NCBI GenBank assembly: GCA_043822345.1
Contig: JBDRBW010000009.1
Coordinates: forward strand, 1-58,468
Source: Patescibacteria group bacterium
Lineage (GTDB): Bacteria; Patescibacteriota; Minisyncoccia; UBA6257; UBA11618
Length of the DNA: 58,468 nucleotides
Direction of reading: 5' to 3'
Both the position numbers and the translations under genes were made by a program. Of the stretch, positions 28,374 through 36,506 are shown piece after piece; within the stretch, counting starts at the first letter, position 1; each line of letters starts with the position of its first letter. The notes under the pieces were generated by a model. It made no database searches. It was not told the DNA's origin and saw only the letters and a program-made list of their open reading frames with translations.

Positions 28374-29641
28374 TTATTTGCTTGATTAACTTTTTGCCAA
28401 AAATTATTCCAGTCGGTTATAACATTAGAGATTAGCAAAACGGCGTGAATGCGCCTGCCGGTAGCCACCTCAATTTTTTCGCCAAGATAAATTCCGGCGA
28501 CAACACAATTCACCTTACCATTAATTTTTTCCTTTACGATAAGCGGGGTGCCAATAACTCCCGGCGCCTGCGTTAGTGAAAAATACGGCGTACCGGCAGT
28601 CGCGCCTTGAATTACGAAACCGCCCAGAGGACCACTGCCACGAGCTAAAGATAGTCCGCCATTGACGTCAAATACCAAGCCAAAAACCTCTTGGCCTGCC
28701 TCCAACTTGCCCTCAGCATGCCCGATAACCGGCACCGGCCCCTGTTTTCTGGTATTATCTATCCGATAACCAGCTAATGTTAGCGGCCCAACACCGATTT
28801 TGTGTATCCAACCGGGGGCGTAAGGCCCACTATTCGCCTCAATCGTCCAACCCGGCTGTGGCCGGCCATTGGCGTCATAATGGTCAAACATAGTATCGAT
28901 TCTGCTTAAAACCGGCCTCAATAAAAACCTGATTCCGCCAAGCTCTATTACTCCTCCGTTGATTACTTCCACCGCTCTGAAAGGCTGAAAAGCTGAAAAG
29001 TTCCAAGCATAATCGGGAAAACTAGAAATTAGCGTGGATGGCGTAAGAACATAAGAAATATAAGTTTCTCCCGGATTGGCGCCGGGTACAGGATATTTAT
29101 CCTTTACCGACTGCATCACCAATCCCAGACCCGCCGGCTTGCCAACGTCATCCACCTTGACTAGTCCCTGGGCCAGTTTATTAATCTCACAGGAGTCAAT
29201 GATTAATCTATTGTTTAAAATAGTTTGATAAATAAAGTCCTTAAAGCCGATTAATAGATTGAAATCGGCGCCGAACGCCCCCTGAACCCAGCCCGCGCAG
29301 TTCGGGTCTCGCGCCAATCCGTCAATAGCAAGAAAGAGAGCAAGTAAATGTTTTTTCTCGATTTTGTCCTTGTTTTTAACCGCCTGAATTGCAGCAAATA
29401 AGTTGCTCAACGCCGGAGAGCGGCTAATCGCTGGTAAATGGCGATTACGCACTGCCAAAAGCGCGTCCAGCCATTGATTGATGCTCGCCAATGTTTTCGT
29501 GTCAAATTCCTGCGCCTCCTCGGCTAACAGAGTTTGATTGGAAGTTAAAACATAGGCCTGCCGGCCTATCGTCACCACCCCCAAAAGTACCGCAATTACT
29601 ACTATAAACCACCAAAAATTTCTGGATTTGAAATTGATCAT
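28370..29641 (-). CDS. membrane-anchored extracytoplasmic protein, unknown function
   Basis: N-terminal TM (FWWFIVVIAVLLGVV). Gly-rich C-terminal half. ATGA overlap with the FtsB-like gene. Confidence 0.6.
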   Translation of the reverse strand: MINFKSRNFWWFIVVIAVLLGVVTIGRQAYVLTSNQTLLAEEAQEFDTKTLASINQWLDALLAVRNRHLPAISRSPALSNLFAAIQAVKNKDKIEKKHLLALFLAIDGLARDPNCAGWVQGAFGADFNLLIGFKDFIYQTILNNRLIIDSCEINKLAQGLVKVDDVGKPAGLGLVMQSVKDKYPVPGANPGETYISYVLTPSTLISSFPDYAWNFSAFQPFRAVEVINGGVIELGGIRFLLRPVLSRIDTMFDHYDANGRPQPGWTIEANSGPYAPGWIHKIGVGPLTLAGYRIDNTRKQGPVPVIGHAEGKLEAGQEVFGLVFDVNGGLSLARGSGPLGGFVIQGATAGTPYFSLTQAPGVIGTPLIVKEKINGKVNCVVAGIYLGEKIEVATGRRIHAVLLISNVITDWNNFWQKVNQANN

Positions 29642-29642
29642 T

Positions 29643-30872
29643 TTAAAATCCTAAAACGCTCTTCGTCCAATCACAGCCGAACATTTCTTGTAAGGTTTTG
29701 CGGATGTTGACTGTTTTAAGATCTGTGCCTGAACGTAAGTTTTTTAAAATAGTTTGCACATGATTATCGTTACCAAAAATTTTTAAGGAGTCGTTAATAA
29801 CCTTCATGCTAGTTTCAATTTGATATTTCATAATCGCTTTAAATTGATCGCTATTAAAATAACTGGGATCAGCTTGTTTGAGATATACAGCGGCAGCTAA
29901 ACCAAACATCAAAAAATCAGCTGGTCCGTGGGCGATGTTATTAATAATTAGCTGACTACCAGACAAATCTTCTGTGCGGCCCGCATTTTTAAGTCCTAAT
30001 TTTGTTTGCCCTCCAAAATTATAAGCACCCCATTCATCGAAAATAAAAGTCAAATTATTCCAATCTTTATTGGGTTTAATTAAATAATCATAATATCTGT
30101 TGCCATGAAATGATTTCATGAAATCAGGAACATAATCTCTCATTTCAGAAATCACGCCTTTTGGTTCATCCATCCAATAAAATTGTGCCTTGGTTTTATC
30201 GCCGTCCTTAAAACCAGTATGAACTCCTGTACCACTACCACCTCTCTTGTCTTTCCACTCATTAAAGAGTTCGAACAAGTGTCTGGTAGTGGCATTAATA
30301 CCATGACTTGCTTCGTGACTGCTTGGATTTTTTGTCAATTTCCAATTTTCAGTATTTCTAAACCTTAACTCTAAATCACTATTCCAACGCGCTGAACCAT
30401 AACCTAACGGCTTGCTAATATCCAAAGTCCAAATTTTAAAAGGTGGAATAGTAGGTGCTTCGCCGGGACAATTATCGTCGTTCGGCTCCTTCGGCTTCTC
30501 GGGTGGTTTTGGGACGACCGGCTCGCAGGAAGGGTCGATGAGTTTTTGCATATCACTTTGAGAAATGAACTGCTTTTTGCTGATAAGTAGTATCGCTTTA
30601 GTGATGTTGTCTTTGTCATCTATGTAATGGCCATAGTGGACATAGAAATTCTTATATTTGTCGGGGACTGGCTGGCCAAGTTCGCGGAAATAATCCTCAA
30701 TTTTCACAAATGTATAAGCCGACTCCCCTCGATCTGTTGATTTAACGAATGACGGCTCCGCTCCGGCAAAAATCTCCCGTGGGCTGACTTGGGCGAGTAA
30801 AAGCAAAGCGACGGCGGTGATTAAAATTACTGCCAATGTCCAGATTATTTTTTTGTGTAAAGTGGAACTCAT
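29643..30872 (-). CDS. membrane-anchored extracytoplasmic protein with HExxH motif
   Basis: N-terminal TM, a Pro-rich linker (PKPPEKPKEPNDDNCPGEAP) and SSHEASHG (HExxH). Confidence 0.55.
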   Translation of the reverse strand: MSSTLHKKIIWTLAVILITAVALLLLAQVSPREIFAGAEPSFVKSTDRGESAYTFVKIEDYFRELGQPVPDKYKNFYVHYGHYIDDKDNITKAILLISKKQFISQSDMQKLIDPSCEPVVPKPPEKPKEPNDDNCPGEAPTIPPFKIWTLDISKPLGYGSARWNSDLELRFRNTENWKLTKNPSSHEASHGINATTRHLFELFNEWKDKRGGSGTGVHTGFKDGDKTKAQFYWMDEPKGVISEMRDYVPDFMKSFHGNRYYDYLIKPNKDWNNLTFIFDEWGAYNFGGQTKLGLKNAGRTEDLSGSQLIINNIAHGPADFLMFGLAAAVYLKQADPSYFNSDQFKAIMKYQIETSMKVINDSLKIFGNDNHVQTILKNLRSGTDLKTVNIRKTLQEMFGCDWTKSVLGF

Positions 30873-32974
30873 TTTTTCATTGCGTTTTTGATAGTATTTG
30901 CAATATTTGACGAGCCGTTAATTGACTGATTATTATTTAATATTAAGGTGGGGATGCCCGCTCCCGTCGGAGGATAGTTATTCACTATATTGACATACAA
31001 TTTCCAACTATTGCCATCTTTGTCCTTCTGATTGCCCATCATACCCTTCAATGTCTGGCACGGTGGACAAAACATAGGTTTGTGATCATCGGAAGAAATG
31101 TAAAGCACTCCGATTTTTTTCGGCGCAGTTGGAATTATGGGTATGGTTGCCCAACCGCTGACACCGATCGTCGGCACTAACTTCTCTAATTCACCAATCC
31201 TTTGGCGAAAAATATTTTGCGCGGCAGTTATTTGGTTTTTATAATCTTGATTTGCTTGATTTGAAGGAATGATGGTTTGTATACCTTCCCAAATTTTGAT
31301 TAGTTCTATTAAGTTGCTTCTAAACCAGTTGGCGTAGTTTTTAATATTATCGCCACCACACTCGCTTGCGCCTGAACGCATTTTTTGCAAACGATCCAGT
31401 AAACCATTACTTTTGATAATCTCGCCATTGAACTCAAAATATCTTCTCCATAGTACAAAGTACCACCTGCTTTGCGTGCTTTTGATAATGTTTTGATAGC
31501 TGTCTCTGGGCAATATTTTGGCGGGATCGATATTGATTTTACTAAAATATTCTTTGGTGCTGGCAATCATTTTTTCATTACTCACTCTTTGGCTGTTGGC
31601 TAAATTAATAAACGCATCCAAAACTTTCTTCTGCTCCGGTGAACATTGTTGCCGTTCTTCCTCTTCAATCACCCTACCTTTCAAAATATCACTAATTTCT
31701 TTGGCGATTTTTTTATCGGCATCGCTTAGATTAGGGTCAAGAGTAATATTGGGGTCGGTTGCTATGCATAGTGATGGTTTTTCTGCTGGCGGAGGAGGCA
31801 AATCCGGCCTGGGAGCAACAACCGGCGGCTCTTCCGGCGGCTCCGTAATTAAGAAATTACACTTATCAAAAGCTTTCTTAAATTCATCACTATATTTAAA
31901 CTCGCACTTTTTTGGATTAAGGCCTTTAGCTGTTATTTTTGATTCTAATAAAGTTTGAAAACGGACATATTTGCCACTCTTAATATCTTCAACATATTTT
32001 TGCAGATCAGGATCATTGAGATCCATAATAGGTGTCGCTAGAGCGCATAAATCCTCTTCACCATCATTGTTAGTATCGGTACAATAAGAGAGCAGAATTT
32101 CGCCATCTTTGATGAAGATTTTTTTAATAATTATAGCGCAAGACGCTGTTGGTTGGCATAATTCCGCCATTTTTTTGGGATCGGCTTTTTGGACTGTGGC
32201 AGCCATATCTTTTAATTCAAACTCCATTGTTAATGCGGTGTCCTTATGGCTAGCGCGATTTAACGCGTCCAAATTCACCTGAACATAATGAGAAGCATTA
32301 TCGGGATTGGTGCCAGCGCGAATCCCAAAGTCCATTTCTTTTCCGTTAATAGTTTTAGTAACAACTAGCTTACCTTGTAGATTTGCATACTCATAGTCGC
32401 TAAAGTAAACGGGGTCGCCTGACGGCAGATAGAGTACCCGACTGGCATCGGGCGTAGATTTTTCAAAATCAGCTTTGGTGTCACTGCGGCTAAGCAGAGT
32501 ACTGCGGTATTCCTGAAGATACTTTTGGGCGTTATTTAAACTTTCCGCCAGTTGAGTAAATAGCGTTTGGAGCTTTTGTTCACTAGGACATTGGCCGTTC
32601 TGATTTTTGCCATCTAGCCAGTCAATAATGGATTGGGCTGACGATTCGGCTACACTTAGATTGTATTGAACACTATTAATTTTGGATATTGCTTTATTTA
32701 AAGTTGTGGCATAGTCGCCATTGGGAAATGCCCAAACGGTCCAGCTGGAACTTTTCCAACTCTCTACGGCATTAATAAGATTTCCGGTAGCCGATTGCTG
32801 GTCCTCTAGAAAACCAAAGATAATCTCCAAATCAAAACCGGCTGGTTCAATATATTTTGGGTCTAACGCCAACGCCCGATTGCCAAAAGTTTGCGCTACC
32901 AAAACAAACGCCAGCGCAAAAACTATTAGCAATAACAGATATTTTGACAGTTTTTTCATTTGCAAATAGGACAC
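30869..32974 (-). CDS. secreted modular protein with C-terminal thioredoxin-like CPPC domain
   Basis: Signal or TM segment, a helical region, the linker EPPEEPPVVAPRPDLPPPPAEKP, and C-terminal ...MFCPPCQTL...GIPTLIL (CxxC plus a cis-Pro-like motif). Confidence 0.6.
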   Translation of the reverse strand: MSYLQMKKLSKYLLLLIVFALAFVLVAQTFGNRALALDPKYIEPAGFDLEIIFGFLEDQQSATGNLINAVESWKSSSWTVWAFPNGDYATTLNKAISKINSVQYNLSVAESSAQSIIDWLDGKNQNGQCPSEQKLQTLFTQLAESLNNAQKYLQEYRSTLLSRSDTKADFEKSTPDASRVLYLPSGDPVYFSDYEYANLQGKLVVTKTINGKEMDFGIRAGTNPDNASHYVQVNLDALNRASHKDTALTMEFELKDMAATVQKADPKKMAELCQPTASCAIIIKKIFIKDGEILLSYCTDTNNDGEEDLCALATPIMDLNDPDLQKYVEDIKSGKYVRFQTLLESKITAKGLNPKKCEFKYSDEFKKAFDKCNFLITEPPEEPPVVAPRPDLPPPPAEKPSLCIATDPNITLDPNLSDADKKIAKEISDILKGRVIEEEERQQCSPEQKKVLDAFINLANSQRVSNEKMIASTKEYFSKINIDPAKILPRDSYQNIIKSTQSRWYFVLWRRYFEFNGEIIKSNGLLDRLQKMRSGASECGGDNIKNYANWFRSNLIELIKIWEGIQTIIPSNQANQDYKNQITAAQNIFRQRIGELEKLVPTIGVSGWATIPIIPTAPKKIGVLYISSDDHKPMFCPPCQTLKGMMGNQKDKDGNSWKLYVNIVNNYPPTGAGIPTLILNNNQSINGSSNIANTIKNAMKK

Positions 32975-34887
32975 TTGTAATTTTTTACATCTTTAACGCC
33001 GATCGCAGGATAAAGCGCTTCTAATGATTGCTGTCGCTCTTTTAATCTTCTTTGCGCTTCTACGGAGTTATTTTCTATCCATTCCTTGGGGAAAAATTTT
33101 TCTAAAGCACAGCCACCCCATTTGCATTTTGACGAATGCAATAGCCACTCCCGAAATCGTTTGGCGATTTCTTCGATCGTTGCCCGAGAATAAGTTTCGT
33201 TATCGGCGCGCATTTTTTTGAGGGCATCAATCATCTTGACTAAATCTTTTTGAAAGCTCTCGTTGCTGTCTTTTATCTCTTTTAAGCAGGATAATCGCGC
33301 CCTAGTGTTGGCATCGAGCGTTGATCTAAGCGCCTGATCGGTAAATGACCAGTTAACAATTATTTTGTCAATAATAACGGCCTGAGCGCCAATATTTTTG
33401 GCGGTTAAGCCAACAATTTTGGAAGAGTCAAGTTGGTCAAGTTTAATGTTGGCACTGTCAAGAATAAGATTGGTGGCTTGGCTATTGGTAGGCGGCGGCG
33501 TAGCGCTAAAACCAAAATGGTTAGTTTGAACGGAGCCGTCGCTCATAATAAAAGTGAGGCCAACAAGGGCGCCGGACATAGTTTTATTAAAATTAAGGAT
33601 GAGGTTGTAACTTTTACCGGGATTGAGGGTAAAGTTGGAAACATTAAGCGCCTCGCCTGACCGACCGAAACCAACCCACTCCATCCCCAAATTACCGCTG
33701 TAAATAAGAATTTGATTAATATTAACATTCAATCCTAAGGACTGGTTAAAGACCTGTATAACGCTCGTGTTTTCTTTAAATTGCTCTTCTAATAATCCAA
33801 TCATTGCGTCTAGCTTAGCCAAATCTTCAACAGTTGGTCCAACGCTATCGGGCGGTTCTTGGGGCAGCGGCACCTGGGCCACCGCCGGTAGATTATCAAT
33901 TGCGCAAGGATCATCATCTTGATTAGTGGGTGGTTTCGGCTGTGGTTTGAAAGCGAGACATTGTTTTTTGGCGTCAGCTGTTATAGTAACCGTGCAATTA
34001 AGAAGCGGTTTACCGCCATTATATTGTTTTTCATATGCCTCCCGTACCGGCTCAAAGATATTTTTCGGCGGACCAGAGTTAATAATACTTTCCGCAGAAA
34101 TATTAACAGGTTTTCCATTGACAGTTATTGCAAACTCATCATCGCTCATCCTCTTGATGTTAGTAATCTTCAGTTCGCACTTTTCCGGTGGCGGCTGGGG
34201 CTTGGGCTCGGTTGCCGGCGGTGGTGTTATTTTGCACTGTTGAAATCGCTGAAAATCTTTAATTCTTTGGGCAGCCGCTTGAAGTTCGTTGTTATAGTAT
34301 GTCCGTTCCCCATCAGTCATATAAGCGTCCCATATGCTATTAATAAGCGGTTTGGTATTTTTCAGATACCCTTCAAATTGGCGAAGGGCATTCTGAATTT
34401 TCTGGGACTGAGATACCGAATAGCGAACAACTTGATCGATATATTGTTTGTCGGCCGCGGTAAACTCACCGGTCGTAGTTCTTGTTTGAATCACTCCCAA
34501 ATTTTCTATTGCCCCCGGCTTATCACCTTGACCAACAAGATCGCTTTGTAACTGTTTGAGTGTGCTGATTATATTTTGCTGGTGCTGGATAATATTTGAT
34601 CTGATTGCCCTCTCTTTACCCGCGCCAATACCTCTGGCTTGGTTTATTTTTTGCCGCTGCTCTTGTATTTTTTGATTTAGGTCTCTTATGCCAACATTAG
34701 TTTCGTTAACGCCTTTTTTAAGGCGATTAACGATGTCGTCTATAGTTACGGTACATCCCCCTTGTTGGGCAAAAACAAAACCCGACATTGACCAAATTAA
34801 TACCAACAAAACCAATACTGCGATAAGTATTGACAAAATTATTATTTTATGATATAATTGCATTGGAAGATTAAATTTACCCGTCAT
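32956..34887 (-). CDS. membrane-anchored coiled-coil/Pro-rich protein with C-terminal Cys motifs
   Basis: TM helix, coiled coil, PPPATEPKPQPPPEKC, and a C-terminal CKWGGC ... CPICK. Overlaps the next gene by 19 nt. Confidence 0.6.
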   Translation of the reverse strand: MTGKFNLPMQLYHKIIILSILIAVLVLLVLIWSMSGFVFAQQGGCTVTIDDIVNRLKKGVNETNVGIRDLNQKIQEQRQKINQARGIGAGKERAIRSNIIQHQQNIISTLKQLQSDLVGQGDKPGAIENLGVIQTRTTTGEFTAADKQYIDQVVRYSVSQSQKIQNALRQFEGYLKNTKPLINSIWDAYMTDGERTYYNNELQAAAQRIKDFQRFQQCKITPPPATEPKPQPPPEKCELKITNIKRMSDDEFAITVNGKPVNISAESIINSGPPKNIFEPVREAYEKQYNGGKPLLNCTVTITADAKKQCLAFKPQPKPPTNQDDDPCAIDNLPAVAQVPLPQEPPDSVGPTVEDLAKLDAMIGLLEEQFKENTSVIQVFNQSLGLNVNINQILIYSGNLGMEWVGFGRSGEALNVSNFTLNPGKSYNLILNFNKTMSGALVGLTFIMSDGSVQTNHFGFSATPPPTNSQATNLILDSANIKLDQLDSSKIVGLTAKNIGAQAVIIDKIIVNWSFTDQALRSTLDANTRARLSCLKEIKDSNESFQKDLVKMIDALKKMRADNETYSRATIEEIAKRFREWLLHSSKCKWGGCALEKFFPKEWIENNSVEAQRRLKERQQSLEALYPAIGVKDVKNYKCPICK

Positions 34888-34977
34888 CCTGAACGAAGTG
34901 AAGGATCTTTAAAAGATTCTTCCTGCCCGCAATCGCTACGCCCAAGCGTTGCAGGCGGGCGCAGAGCTCAGAATGAC
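34883..34977. repeat. family A palindromic element with nested ctgcccgc..gcgggc module
   Basis: gtcatcctgaacgaagtgaaggatct-ttaaa-agattcttc[ctgcccgc...gcaggcgggc]..ctcagaatgac. Confidence 0.8.
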
Positions 34978-34995
34978 CTAATTGAAAAGGACGAA

Positions 34996-35118
34996 ATGAT
35001 GAAAAACTTTTTGATTACCGCGCTGATTTTCGGAGCAGGAACAGTTATGGGAGCAGGAATCTGTTATGTCGCGCAGTACGTTTACGCTATCGCGACCATG
35101 GATCTCGGTCCCTTCTAA
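34996..35118 (+). CDS. hypothetical 40-aa hydrophobic peptide
   Basis: MMKNFLITALIFGAGTVMGAGICYVAQYVYAIATMDLGPF after AAAAGGA. A terminator follows. Confidence 0.45.
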   Translation: MMKNFLITALIFGAGTVMGAGICYVAQYVYAIATMDLGPF

Positions 35119-35142
35119 TCCTCCGTTCTCCGACCATCGACC

Positions 35143-35169
35143 GCCCCCGTTCACGGGGGCTCTTTTTTT
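35143..35169. terminator. intrinsic terminator
   Basis: Stem gcccccg-ttca-cgggggc plus a T run. Confidence 0.75.
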
Positions 35170-35175
35170 ATTATA

Positions 35176-36420
35176 TCATTTTTCCATAGGTGTTTTTATC
35201 AACAGGAACAATCCATACCACGAACCGAACCATTGCGATAGTTCGCCGGCGTCCATATTGTTGGGAATAAAACCGGGTGAAATTAAACCTATCGCCTGTC
35301 CCGCTCCCGTCACCACTCCAGCACAAGTAAATTCTTTTGTTTTATTGATAGCATCAAAGGACTGCCTTAATGTCCAGTCAGGTTTAAAAGGACTAATAGT
35401 AACATCAAATATTGCGGGGTAATCATCATTTTTATGCGTCTCCACCCAAGCCGTTAACGCCATCTTTTGATCTTCTGTAAGGGGCTTGATTAATGGCCTA
35501 ATCCAAACAGCGGCTACCTCGTCAGGGTGCATCTGAAGAAATTTGGTGAATTCCACAATGTGAACGCCTCCTTCTCGATCTTCTGATGACATTACCGTCA
35601 CTTGACCATCTTTGTTTACTATTATTCCGGCATGAGTAATATTAGGCCCTTTGTAGATTATTTTGGGGCCTCGCCTGAATAATTCACCCGTAGCAAATAA
35701 TATTAAAGGAGTGTATATATTTCGACCCGATTCAAAAAGCAAATCCCCCTCTTTGGGATCGTAGGGAATTGGCCTGATTAACCGGCCACATTTAGTGCAA
35801 ACAAACGAAGAAATATCTATCAAATAATACCCGCCAGCTTTAAGGGGTTGGTTTTGTGGCTGATAATCACTTTTGCCGATGTCCGGAGCTAGCTTTTCTA
35901 TTATTTCAATTCTTTGTTTTAAATTTGGGATATACTTCTCTTCAATGTTTTTTATCAGAGTTTCGGCATAGGCCTTATTAAAGGGAACTTGCTTTGATGG
36001 AAGTTGATTGAATTTGATTAAAATCTTTAGCCCATTAACCAGTCCCTGTAACTGATCGATCATTGTCTCTATTTTTTTTCTAAATTCTTTAGCAACTGCA
36101 GTAATTTTGTCCTGGTTATAAGGAATCTCACCGGCGCGCATTTTACCTAAAGCAATCCAATCCGCATCTGTGGCCAGCCACTGTTTAAATATTTGAAGAT
36201 AATCCCGATAATCTTTGTAGATAGAAAGTTTAGCCACACTGGCATTTAGTTGGCTATGAATCTCTATCCGCATATCATTTCTTAGGCCCAAAAGCGTTTG
36301 AACAGCTGGTGCTAGTTGATTGTCTCCCGCAAAAATTCGGCCATTAAACCAAAGTAATGAAACTAAAATAACCAACAATAAAACCACCCCTATAAGTAGA
36401 TATGAAACTAACTTGTTCAT
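35176..36420 (-). CDS. membrane-anchored protein with C-terminal permuted papain-like (YiiX/C92-like) amidase domain
   Basis: The order GDLLFESG..., THAGIIV, GGVHIVEF, YPAIFDV, EFTCAGVV (His before Cys) fits permuted NlpC/P60. Confidence 0.65.
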   Translation of the reverse strand: MNKLVSYLLIGVVLLLVILVSLLWFNGRIFAGDNQLAPAVQTLLGLRNDMRIEIHSQLNASVAKLSIYKDYRDYLQIFKQWLATDADWIALGKMRAGEIPYNQDKITAVAKEFRKKIETMIDQLQGLVNGLKILIKFNQLPSKQVPFNKAYAETLIKNIEEKYIPNLKQRIEIIEKLAPDIGKSDYQPQNQPLKAGGYYLIDISSFVCTKCGRLIRPIPYDPKEGDLLFESGRNIYTPLILFATGELFRRGPKIIYKGPNITHAGIIVNKDGQVTVMSSEDREGGVHIVEFTKFLQMHPDEVAAVWIRPLIKPLTEDQKMALTAWVETHKNDDYPAIFDVTISPFKPDWTLRQSFDAINKTKEFTCAGVVTGAGQAIGLISPGFIPNNMDAGELSQWFGSWYGLFLLIKTPMEK

Positions 36421-36471
36421 CTGACTAAATTATAACACTACCCCTAAGATAAATCTCTGTGGATAAAAAAT

Positions 36472-36506
36472 AAACGGCTCAATTTGGATTGAGCCGTTTA
36501 TTTTTT
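36472..36506. terminator. AAACGG..CCGTTT hairpin plus T run
   Basis: aaacggctcaa-tttgga-ttgagccgttt, then attttttt. Overlaps the lepA stop. Confidence 0.65.
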
